In this document: in pieces, positions 13,481 through 25,200 of the stretch | Layout: each line of letters starts with the position of its first letter | How positions within the stretch are numbered: position 1 is the first letter of the stretch | Source of the DNA: Lytechinus pictus | Taxonomy: Eukaryota | Direction: 5' to 3' | Length of the DNA stretch: 64,000 nt | Assembly (NCBI RefSeq): GCF_037042905.1 | Contig: NC_087251.1 | Location: forward strand, 372,001 to 436,000 | Position numbers and translations under genes: made by a program | Notes under the pieces: model-generated | What the model saw: the letters and a program-made list of their open reading frames with translations, nothing else | The model's database searches: none | What the model was told of the DNA's origin: nothing

Positions 13481-15082
13481 ACATGCACAGTGGTCGCTCG
13501 TTCGTTGTAACTTCGGTCAATACAACAACAGCACTTCAGTCACTCATAACAGTCTCGAGCACACAACAAGCACATCTATCGGCCATCCAAGAACATTTCC
13601 AGTAGCAAACCACAGATGCCCAGCATACATCATGTTCATTCAGACTTCTCTCTAACTGACATTCTGTCTCACGGATAGCATGGTGATTAAGTCGAGGGTC
13701 GATGACGGGGACGTTTGTTCAAAATATACGAACACTCTATCTATAAAATACTAAGAGTAAGACTTAAGACTATTTACTACAATTCCATGATTCACATCAA
13801 AGATCACTGGTCACTACTCGATCTAATCAGACATTCGTGCAACTAAACCAGGTCTAAGTAATTTCTCATTTGGAAACCATCAAGTCGAGTTATACCCGAT
13901 TAAAACATTTATTAACAACAAATAACTTTAACAATTCAAACTCTTGTAAATTCATGAATAGTAAAAGTGGCATTTTTATCAGATGTTTATATACAGTATT
14001 GACATATTTACATGCTTAAAACTAAGTCCTAGGTTACATGGCTGACGTCTTAATACAAATAATTAAATGTTCACCGTCCTAGGTTACATGGCTGACGTCT
14101 TAATAAAAATAATTAAATGTTCACCGAACATTTAATAAACCTACACTGTAAATAAATGACGAGAAATTTCTGCTTCGTCACTCTTTGAATAAACTATCTT
14201 AAATTCTACAACATAGTCTGTTTGATTTGTGTTCAGTATTAAAAAGTGTGAACTTCATAAATATTTCTATCTAACTTCATCATTTCCATAACCTTGCTGC
14301 GAGTAGGCCTATTCTATATTCTCTACGGTCTTCCGAACAACATTCCAAGTTGGTATAAAGATGTCTTTGTTTCTACACCATCACTTTGCTTAACATATCT
14401 AATGCCTGCATCTAGATATCAAATCCTTTTCTCCTAACTATAAAATAATCCTAAACTTTCCTGTGTCCAACCCATTTGCGCCACTTCAATGGCCATTCCA
14501 AGGTCTCTCCACCACGGCCTATTTCCTGCCACTAACTCCTAGTAATATCTGGCCTCGAGATTTTATCTCCCAAATATTAGACTAACAAAGTCCTTTTTAT
14601 ACCAACAACTTTCTATGTTCAACCTGGTCCATAACAAGACATAAAACTTAACATTCCAACCATTCTAACTCGTTGCATTAGAATCAAGTAATGTTCTGAT
14701 TAAATATTTGGAAATAACTTTATAATAATTAATACACTACCAAAATACAAGTTATGAATAATTGTATATGTGCAAGAATAACTTGGAAGAATGAGAGAGA
14801 AGGGGGGGGGGGGGTAAGAGTCGAAACGCCAAGAGGGATTCCATGCTGTCGAAGAATAGAAGAAACATCGAAGAAAACATGGTGAAGACTGCTTAAATTC
14901 GTTCCCTATCCGGGATTGAATGTAATAAACACTGAAGAAAACATGGTGAAGACTGCTTAAATTCGTTCCCTACTCAGGATTGAATATAAGAAAGCAGCTA
15001 TGAAGTCATCTCAGATGGACAGGACATTCGGTAGACGGTGCCCAATGTTTGCTATGATGAACAGTGATCGCTGGTATGGAGT

Positions 15083-15505
15083 TAGACAGCTGGCAGCTGT
15101 CTGTTTCGAGGAGTTTTTAAACATTTTTTATTTTTTTAATTTCTCCTCGTACACAGACGGCTCGCTATCGTGCAGCCACCATTAGGGGACTTACAATGCA
15201 AAATCCCCCCGTCGGGGCTTTTCAATTTTTGTCTTAAATGAATCAAACTTTTGAAAATTAACGCGACCGAAATGCAAATTAATATTCCCTCTTTGCATTA
15301 ATTGCCAAAAAACGGGGAAAATCAAGTTTAAAGGAACAAAAACAACTTCACTGCCCTGTTTTATCTGAACTTAATACACATAAACATATGGCCATTGGGT
15401 CCCCTGTACAGATCGCGCTAGAACTTCGGTCTCTGTATTTGGTGAGTGAAGCCAACGGAGTTCAGCTGAACAACCAACATAACAGAGACCGAAGCTTTTG
15501 GTCTA
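15083..15505 (+). mobile_element. TAGAC...GTCTA-family non-autonomous DNA transposon, 9-bp TSD
   Basis: Termini TAGACAG/TGGTCTA; TSD GTATGGAGT at 15074-15082 and 15506-15514; subterminal hairpin CTTCGGTCTCTGT...ACAGAGACCGAAG. Confidence 0.82.
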
Positions 15506-16241
15506 GTATGGAGTAGGCCTACTGAGTACGCGATGCAAGATGACAAGTACAGAGTACCGAGTACGCGATGCATGACGACAAGTACAGAGTACCGGTGCAT
15601 GACGAACAGTACAGCTACAGGGTGTGGCAGGCGTTTCGGCAAGTGAAGACCGGCGAGCGAGATGAGTGTGATGTAACTGAACTTGGTTCATCCATCAAGA
15701 CGTTCCTTATGCAGGATTGTCAATTGTACTGCTGGATTGGTGACAATCCTTATTCAGGGTATTTTAGACTTCCTTTCTGCCAACTGCTGTAACTGTTGGC
15801 GACGTTCCTTATTCAGGATTGTCACTTGTCGAACCTCTCATTTCTGCTGCCGTCAATCTACTTCGTTCGAGCTGCCCTCGATCGGCCTCTCGGTACCGTA
15901 CTTCAACGCCAGCCAATTTCGTCGAAGGGAAGGGGGGGAATTCATATTCTTCCATGCACAATACAATAAAATCTACATCCACATTCTCATTTCAATCGAT
16001 TTCTCCGACTTAAAAAAAAACAGTCTACAACACTTTAGTTTTATAGACACATCATAAAATTAACACCTGAATATTAATCTCTCAAGACTTAGGCAACTAC
16101 GACGAGGTACAAAACAAAGTCTACATAAACTACGAGGTACCCTTGCATTTTGTCCCTACGTTACCCCAATTTCCCTAACGCTACGATGTTTCATACTTCT
16201 GCGTTTATCAATTGAGAAAGAGGGAAAACAAAAACAAAACT

Positions 16242-17908
16242 CAGGGACTCGGTTTTATAATTATAAGGGGAGCAATAAAAAGCTCTCCTAGAACTTTTAA
16301 GGAGAGCGGTAGAGGAGCACTTCAAAAAGCTCTTCTTCAACGTACAAGGGGAGCTTTTTGCCCAATTAACAAAATGGATGGAGGAAATGTATGTACTATA
16401 AAATTACAATCAACAACCAAAGGAAGTATTTATAATTGTTTTACAATGTATTGTAATTAGATTGTGTGTTGTAAAACCTGTTTTAGTTAGGTTTTGACTT
16501 GGCTAAAAGTTAAGTCACTGACAATTTTTTTTTTTTTTTTCGGGGGCTCCATTTTAATTTTTTTGTCAAATTTCGGGGGCTCTTTTTAAATGCTACTTTT
16601 TTGTATTTTGAGGAATACCTGTTCACTTATTAAGGAATTATTACTTTTTGTTTAATATTAAATATTGTATGATTTTTAAAGTTATTTATCATGTTTAGAA
16701 TCTTGGATGTGGGTGTGTGTGGATGGGTGGGTGTGTGTGGGTGTGTGCGTGTGTGTGTGACTGTGAGTTGGACTTGGATATTTTATAAATGAATTCAATA
16801 TCTAATTTCTACTCCATTTATTCCAGTACAATACCCTAGTCAGCCATGTACATGTAATAAAGGCCCATCACATACCCTAACTTTTCCTGAAGTTCTTTGA
16901 AAACGCAGATCTCCATGAAAATTTAATTTCTCTATGGGGGAGTCTAAATTTGGTGAGAATGTATTCATTAAGAACTTAAATATACATGACAATGAAGAAA
17001 TCATCAAACTTTATTGGCAGTTTTGAATAATATTCCTGAAATATAAACTCTGTCTGAAACAGAAAATCACCATCATTGAGGCCTTTACTGAGCGAATTGT
17101 CCCCCAGAGCTCTGGCAGAGAGACAGAGCTCCAACTGGCTAGCTAGTAAAAGCGCCAATGCGTGAGCCTGCCGCCGTCCTTGTAAAAAAGATGGAGCTTT
17201 GTTTGATGATTTATTGTCTGATATAATACCTCATCCCCTAGAAAAAGAAAACAAATGATTTTTTAGTTATAATTGATAAATTAGATAACTTATTTTGGAA
17301 GTTAATAAGCCGTTTTGAAAAGCAAAGCCGAATGACAACTCACCAATGCTAGGTTACTAGACTCTGGGATTTATTTCCTGTGTAATTCGAATTATTTTAT
17401 CACAGAATTGTGATATCTGTAGGGGAAACATGTGCATTCGAAATGGCACACGGTGGTAGTCATAATGGACCCCTATACATGCAACTCTTTCCCGACCGTT
17501 GCGTTGATTTTTTTTTCCATACCTGGTACCATGTGTATGGAAATACCGGTACGTGGTACAGAAAAAATAACGCAACTTCGGAATTTGAAACTGCGCTACT
17601 CGCTACTTTTAAGGCTTATTCGTGATTTTGAGTGTGGATTTTGGATGGTTTTTAAATGGTAAGCGGAGCTCGAGCATATGGCACTAGTGGGCGGTTGAGT
17701 TGTTATCACTCGGCAATAATTTCGGGGGCGACATTCAGATTTTATGTCGCCCCCGAAAGCATGATTTTGGGTGATTTCGAGGGCGACTTTAGGCATTTTC
17801 GCGCAGGTCAGCTATCGCGAGGCGCGCGATAAATCGCACTACCAAAAATGGATTAAGGCGCGCATGTAGCGCGCGATCGCTCTCGCGCGCCTTAAAATCG
17901 AGTCCCTG
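16242..17908. mobile_element. hAT-like non-autonomous element
   Basis: TIR CAGGGACTCGGTTTTA / TAAAATCGAGTCCCTG; flanks share AAAACT (imperfect TSD). Confidence 0.65.
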
Positions 17909-19383
17909 AAAACTCTCCTTAAATTCTGTTGTGTACCACATACAAAATAAAATCAGCAATCACGCAATTTTTCTAAGACTAATGTTAAGGGCAGACATCA
18001 AAATATTCATCTCATCGAACAGGCATCAAGCCAAAAATTTCTATAAAGAACTTCGAAATTCCAGTTCTGACAAATTTAATCGAAAATTCCTTTTTATAGA
18101 AAAGGGGAGGGGGGTATTATGTAACCTTAAGAAGTTTAAAAGAAATATTCCACTTACGATTCTTGCTAAGATCAAACGCTTGGACTATCAACTGTAAGAC
18201 TGGACTAAAGAACAAACTCAACTGTCTTGGGGTTCCCTCTGAACAAATACTCTCTAAGATGCAAAGTGAAGAAATTTTCACCCCCTGCCCCTTTTATACC
18301 CCTAGGTATCGGGCCCCTATCGCCTGACAAAAACTTTGTGATGTCATCACTCGCAAAACACGAAATACAGACTGTACCATTTCCGGTAGGGAATAATCAC
18401 TTCTAGTGACTAAAATAGGATCATTAAAGACATCATTTTATAATAAAAGGGAAAAATAGAGCATCAAGCTAATCACTTTAAAGACATTTACAAGGTAAAT
18501 GACAATTTATCGAGAAAACTCGCTCCGTGCATCGCCGTGCACGCCATTAACCTAACCTTGTCCCACGTACTAAATCCTATGTATTGCTGTGGTTCTAAAA
18601 ATAGCACAATCCGCCTCCGTTACTATATTCATTGACTGCTGTAGTAAACACTCAGCTGATTTCACTACGTTCATTCAAGATTCAAAACAAACAACAGCTG
18701 TGAGTGGTGGCGTTGTATTAAAGTGAAATTTTGAGAAGATTTTGGATAATTAATTCTGGCTGGAAGTAAGCACAGATCTAAATAGAAAATATTAAAAGAA
18801 AATTTTGGGGGTATTTCTTCACAGTATTTCCAATTCACGGTGCTCATTGATGAATGATTGTTTTAAGTGATCGAAGATTTTCAAGATAAAATGATAATCT
18901 CTTCAGAGGTAATTTTGGACGAAACCATTTGACAACTGACAATGGGGGGTTTTAGCAATTTTTTTTTTCATGAGCATTTCTTTTACAAATTGCTGCCGAT
19001 TGCTGCGCTATAAATACCATGACGGTCTTTGTTATAGTTCATGCTTTACACTGATACCAAATTTAGCTGCATATACGTGCATTTTCTGGAGATATAACAA
19101 ATTTTCCAACCACATGTTCGCCGTATTTATCACAAAAATTGTTCCAAGTTAGTGTCCCATTATGCGCGTGCCGAACGTTGAGGGTGACATTAAACAAATC
19201 CCCGTCGCGTGCTGGGAGAGAGAGAGGGGGAGGGAGGGAGACGGGTAGGGGCAATCCAATGTTTACATTAAATGGTTGAAATGACCATAAATGTCTGGCT
19301 CAGATTGTGACTGGTATCTGCCTAAAATATTTTCGTTAAACCTACATAAAGACAAGCTTTCATTTCCACTTCCAGTAACTATA

Positions 19384-20734
19384 CAGTGCGTAAAAAAACC
19401 GGGACAGATTTGAAGTCTTTAAAATTTTTGTTTCAAATTATGATCTCTATATTTTGGTGTTAATAGGTGCTCTGAAGTCTTATCTTTCAAATGCCATTTA
19501 AAAAATTAGTGTCGTTCATGCTTGAGCGAACAAGGAATGTTTTTGTCTGGGGTTAAAAAGGAGGCTTGCACCAAAATGGCATAAAATGATAAATATGATG
19601 ATCGGACTTCTTGCTAATCAGCAGACTTCCTCTTAACCTTTCATTATCTTTGCCATAATTTTTCAAATTATGCGGTCAAAATTAATTTTCAAATCTATTC
19701 ATTTGCTTGAATTGTTCTGTTGTTGTTTCTTTTTAATATGTTCTCTTTTAGCTTTGAATATTCCTTCTTCAAACAAAAACAATTTTTTTTCAACCGAAGT
19801 ATGGGAGAGCGTGTATTTTTTTTCAAATCCTTTCATTGTGTTCTACAAAGGTTATGGTGCCTTTTGAACAGTGCCATACAGATGGGCGGGGCTCGGGGAT
19901 GCCCCCCCCCCCCCCCCTCAATTGAAAAATATCATGACCAAGAAAAAAAAGTGGAAAAGAAATAAAAGGAAAGGTAGAAAGTAAAATATATTATTTTCTG
20001 AATATTATGTCAAAATCTATCACAAAATTTGATATTGTTATTAAAGAGTGGGAATATTTGCGTGCTCGCTTCACTCGCTCACAACTTTTTAATACATTTT
20101 ACCCAATCTGCGTAATCTAGCTCCTTCAAAATTGACTCAATACACCATTGCCATTGAACGACATGAATCCCTTCCTGTTTGTCCTGTCAAGCATAAAATT
20201 AAACTTGGTCAAGGAATCAATAACGCCTTAAAAAATTGATTCATGTCTTTAAAGGTACCATAACATAATTTGTTTCACATAATAAAAGGATTTGAATAAT
20301 TACAAGTTTTCCCAATAATAATGCAAATCTTCTTGCTTGGGTTGACAAAAAGTCTTCTTTTTATATGATGGAAAATTCAAAAGTAAAAGAAGTTTAAATG
20401 AAAAAACAAACAAAATAATTCAAGTAAATAAATAAATTTGTAAATAAAATTTGACACCATAATTCGAAAATTATGGCACAGATTATGAAAAGGTTAAGAG
20501 GAAGTCTGCTGATTAGCAAGAAGTCTGATCATCATATATTATGCCATTCTGGCGCAAGCCTCTTTTTGAACCCTGGCAAAAAGTCCCGTGTTCGCTCAAG
20601 CATGAACAATTTTTTTTTTGCATATCAAAGATAAGATTTCAGAGCATCTATTAACATCAAAATATAGATATCATAATTTGAAACAAATTTTTTTTATAGA
20701 CTTCAAAACTGTCCCGTTTTTTTGATACGCACTG
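19384..20734. mobile_element. Tc1/mariner-like MITE with long TIRs
   Basis: TA|CAGTGCGTA...TACGCACTG|TA with ~280-bp inverted arms. Confidence 0.82.
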
Positions 20735-20859
20735 TATAATAATACGTGTATCACAACTTCATTTTGATGCCAAACTGTTTCATCCCGTGTTCCATATCTG
20801 ATATGCTGTCATCCTGAGAAGATTAGTTCTTAAGATAAGATTATTAGTTTGTTTTGTTG

Positions 20860-21040
20860 GTGCCACTATCTTGTCATCTTCAGTCCTGCCAATCGGAATG
20901 ATGAGTGAGGAGGCGCAAGAAACCAGGAACAAAGACAAGATCTACAGACGAATGCATGCGAGAAAGACATCTCGTACAGACACCATGAGTGATGTATTCC
21001 ACAGACTGATGGTAACAGGTGACAATGTGATTACTAGCAA
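20860..21040 (+). pseudogene. Transib transposase C-terminal fragment (RAG1-core homologue)
   Basis: GATILSSSVLPIGMMSEEAQETRNKDKIYRRMHARKTSRTDTMSDVFHRLMVTGDNVITS matches the Transib pattern LPIGxxSEEAQEARNK...HxRKxSR...DVFxRL; no upstream part of the ORF was found. Confidence 0.85.
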
Positions 21041-21727
21041 GTCTTTAAGAGTACAACAATCACAGCCTCTCCCTCTTGCTCTATCATTTATCATTGGAAT
21101 CATTATTTTAAATATTTTACTGTCCACTTCTGGTATCAATCCATTTTAATTCATGTAGGTGTGCATCATTGTACCCAGGGAATGAAAATACTCCTTTGCA
21201 TTTTTTTTACAATTTCACTTTGAATTTTACAATTCTGGATTCATGGTATAGGGCGCCCTCTTTAAGCGATACTCAAGTCACCAATTGAATTGTTTGTACC
21301 CCGAGCACAGAGTTTTCTTGTTTGTTTGCCTGTTGGTGTGTTTGCTGTTTGCTAATATGCTTAATTACTGCTGAAATTTCTCTAAAACTAGTTTCTGAAA
21401 TTTTGAAACTTATTGTACAATTAGAAACATGTAATTTCTTCTCAAATGTTAACAGCCAATCAGAAAATGGTATTTTGACGACGTCATCAATATTTGAAAA
21501 TACTTTTATTGAATTCTACGGGTGAACTTACCCCTATCTACCAACTTTAATCGTACAAATATGTGAATAATGGGTTTTGGCGCACTTTGGATTCATTCTG
21601 GCCCACTGTGCGCTGGTATGTGGAGCCAACGTAGTTCAGCGGAACAACCAAATTCCAAAATACAGACTGAAGCTTCATTTTGGTCTAGCGCCAGTCATGC
21701 CAATGCAGTGACAGTGTGTAGCCTGTA

Positions 21728-21947
21728 TACCCAGTTGTTGTGTGTCCGGATAATCAATTTTAGAAAGTCATTTGGAAAAAATTACAAGCGAAGTTTCATC
21801 AATTTTTAGTACAAAATGTTAGGAAATATTATAAAGAAAAAAATAGAAGATGATTACAAGTATTGAATTCATATTTTTAGTGTAATCCAAAGACAAAAAA
21901 AAGGCTTCAAAAAGAAAAACTGTCCGGACACCCGACCCCCCATCCTA
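21728..21947. repeat. Interspersed ~220-bp repeat, inverted copy at 36121-36356
   Basis: Direct reverse-complement similarity; TGTCCGGACA palindromes near both ends. Confidence 0.75.
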
Positions 21948-22104
21948 CTGTCTGTAGACTGTAGTGTAGTGTAGTAGCCTGTAGGCATGTGGACTAACTT
22001 TTGTTATATCCTATGCCTGCCCTGGCCTGGCAAATGCCAGAGATCGGGGTATTCATTCATGGTATCAACTCTTTATTTTCATTCTAGGCCTATTCTGATG
22101 AAAG

Positions 22105-22242
22105 ATGATCAAGTTTGTATTGATGATCTCCAAGTCCAACCGCACATGCTTTTCTCGTTACTTTGAAGACAGGGAATTGAAAGAGAGAGTTTTACTCGAA
22201 TCAGACCTGATCAGAACAATCTTGGCAAGAAAAACCAAAGGT
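22105..22242 (+). CDS. AP4S1: AP4S1-like coding exon 1 (46 codons)
   Basis: ATG at 22105, donor GTAAGT at 22243. The pyrimidine tract and AG (ctttattttcattctag) ending at 22087 suggest a further non-coding exon upstream. Confidence 0.9.
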
Positions 22243-25200
22243 GTAAGTTCAGTTACTAATACTAGTTACTTAGATCTAGACCTAATTAACTTTTACAGGG
22301 GCCGCGGAACGGTTTTCAAAGTGGGGGGCATAGCCTTGGCTTGAGGACTCCATGTCTGACATTTTTTTTATATTTTAGTGTAGTTGAGTTTAGTTTACTC
22401 CAGGGTCATTCCATCTGGATTCACCCAGTGGCTGCACCCGACCCTCTCAGTTTTTGTTGTAAATTGGTACACATAAAATTCCCCATGGCCCAAGCACAAA
22501 ACAAAAAAAATTAGTCCAATCGGTTCTCGCGCTACGGCCCGCCCTTTTCTCCATGTTTTGACAAATATGGTTATGACCTTAAACTTTCAATGGCCATTGC
22601 GTTGTAATGTGTCGACCAATTTTCACGAAACTGGTACCAATCAAAAGGAAATTTAGAGAGGAATCCAAAACATGCATCAAATAATGTATTGGAACGATTT
22701 ATAAGGTCATGACCTTTACTTTGACCTTGAGTTTGACCCCCTGACAAATATTTTTTTTACTTGATTTTTCGTGTATGTTAATTATTAGTATGATAATGAC
22801 AAAATATGTTAAAACCAATGATGATATTTTATTTCTTCACCTATTAAAACTCTTCCAAAGATACCAATTATCTGATCTGAAATTTCACTCTAGTCATACA
22901 TACTGATATTAATAGTGAAGTGTTTACCAGTCCTATGATACATGATTTCTTCCAATCTTAAGTTTCAGTATGCAAACAGATGAAAAGAAATTAAGCTTAT
23001 CAGTAGACCAAAAGCTTCAGTCTCTGTATTTTGGTTGTTCCGCTGAACTGCGTTGGCTCACTCACCAATACAAAGACTGAAGAGCTTGGAGGCCAGTACG
23101 TACAGACAACGTATTGGCCTCCAGCAGTAGTGTTAGATCTAACATTCGGCGGAAACCCGATTTTCCGATCGTTTTTTTTTCTCATAAAATGTCACATTAC
23201 GAAAAAGAAATCACATCCATATTTACGAAAAAATGTTTAGAATTAAGAAATATCGTACCTTAGACCGCAGTTACCGCTAATTCCTTTCAAATGATGATCG
23301 AAACATCGTCATCTTCGATCAACGTAAGTTGCCATCTTTGATGACGTCATCATCCTTACAGACGTATTTACCAGTCGCTATATATCGCGATTTGTGCCGC
23401 TGCTTTGCGCTTGTAGATGTGCGTGCGTTCGGAACTTGTCGCTCGCATTGATTGGTCAGGATATCGAAAATTTAATAGGAAAGCCTTGATAAAAGCACAA
23501 CTCGTTGACGGCTGCCATTTAAAAATAAGGAATAATCCGGGGAATAACTCATCGGTAACGTATATTTTCGATATTTTATAGAACTTACATAGTATCAAAA
23601 AAAAAGATTAGAGTATAACAAAATTAGTGGGCCTTCGCGTTCAAGATAATATAATGTCATTTAGAATCTAAAAGAAATTAAAATCTGGACAAAACCCGTC
23701 CTCCTAATTGCCGACCAGATTACACATGCAGGCTCGCACTAACACACTACCGTCGGTGAATGGGGATTATAGTAAAATGTCAGAAATTGTTGAATAAATC
23801 CTCAAAAACGACGGTTATTCCTGTCTAGCTTATCAGTTGATAAATGAAACATTAAACATTTATGCTTATGAATACATGTAGGTACTTGTATAGGCATTTT
23901 GATATTGGACAATATACAGTGCGTCCCAGAAAAAACGAAACCGAGATTAAGCGATGATTTATCATAACTTAATCACAAATACAATAGACAAATGACCTAC
24001 CATTGTAAAGCTTAGAATCTCTTCTTTCATCTGAAATTACTTAGATTATTCCCCATTCACGCATGAGTGAGCAAAAAGAATTTGAAGAGGGGATACCAAA
24101 ATGTCATTTGGCGGGTTATATCTGGGTTTCAAAAAGAAAACCACATTTTTAAAAAGTTCAATATCTGCTCTTTAATTTGGTACCTCAATCACAGAAAATG
24201 GTCAAGAAATAAAGTTCTGGTTATTTGAAATAAGGCTTGAATTTCAATAATTTAATAAAATTAAGAGGTTCTGCAGGCTAGCGTTGAAACTCACTTGACA
24301 CTCCGTTTTGTTTACGATCAGCCATGCATTAAGTCTTTTGTTAACCATGCGATAGTTTCTGTGGGAAACCGGTGAAAACTTGTTTATTTAATGAAATTAT
24401 GGAAATACAACCATTGTTTCGAGGGAACATAACTTTTTAACTTTTTGACCATTTTTTGTGATTAAGGTATCAAATGAAAGAGCAGATATTGAACTTTTTA
24501 GGCATGTGATTTTCTTTTTGAAATTCAGATACCCCCCGCCAAATGAGGTTTTGGTATCCTTTCTTCAAATTGTTTTTGCTCACTCATGCGTGAATGGGGA
24601 ATAATCTAAGTAATAAGATTAAAGAGGGGATTCTAAGCTTTACATTGGTAGGTCATTTGTCTATTGTATTTGTGATTAAGTTATGATAAATCATCGCTTA
24701 ATCTCGGTTTCGTTTTTTCTGGGACGCACTGTATAATAACTCAAAAAACCACTGGGAACTGCAATATCCTGCTTTCTAGTCATCTGTACTCCCCCAAAGT
24801 GAAAACACCCTTGAGATCTTTGAAGCATCAGCATTGGATACATTCTTTAAAATGATGATGCTAGAGATGGATGATCAGTTGGACAGAAAATATTGTATCT
24901 AGCTATTCAACAGGTATCCTTTTCACTGCCTCCCCAATAAAAAAAGACAGTATGTACATTTGCACAAGTTCAGATATTAAAGCATTTTGTGTTTTCCAAA
25001 GCTGCTCAAAACTATTTCATTTCTTAGTATTCTTTTATCATCAAATTGTTGAGTATATATGAGCCTATTTAAGGCTCCCAAAACAAATATTTTTTTTTTG
25101 AGATATTGAAGAAAAGTCAAAGCGAATGCTCGGTTTCTCCATGGAAAAATGCAGTACCCTGTACATGTATCTGCAGACGGACCAGAATTCCATTTAGTTT

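Larger units (their letters stand above)
3118..21610 (+). mobile_element. Transib DNA transposon relic, expanded by nested insertions
   Basis: Left TIR CACAGTGGGCCAGGAGAGAGCAAAAGTGCGCAAAAAC; right TIR (reverse complement) CACAGTGGGCCAGAATGAATCCAAAGTGCGCCAAAAC. 5-bp TSD CGCCG (3113-3117) / CGCTG (21611-21615). Transposase fragment near the right end. Confidence 0.87.
3062..21687 (+). mobile_element. Short TAGAC...GTCTA-family element (about 130 bp of its own sequence) split by the Transib insertion
   Basis: Left end (a)AGACAGGAATAACCGTCGTTT matches the end of the 23004-23827 element; right end ...GAAGCTTCATTTTGGTCTA. 9-bp TSD GCGCCAGTC at 3053-3061 and 21688-21696. Confidence 0.8.

Noticed and set aside
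14290..14700. Possible decayed retroelement coding fragment on the minus strand
   Set aside because: Too many stops and no diagnostic motif I could identify with confidence.
3118..21610. Complete ProtoRAG (RAG1L+RAG2L) transposon
   Set aside because: The only peptide found matches Transib (SEEAQE) rather than RAG1L (SEGNE-type), the TIRs are symmetric, and no RAG2-like ORF is visible.
22243..22344. Read-through part of the 79-aa ORF at 22105-22344
   Set aside because: Sigma homology stops at the GTAAGT donor at 22243, so the remainder is intron.
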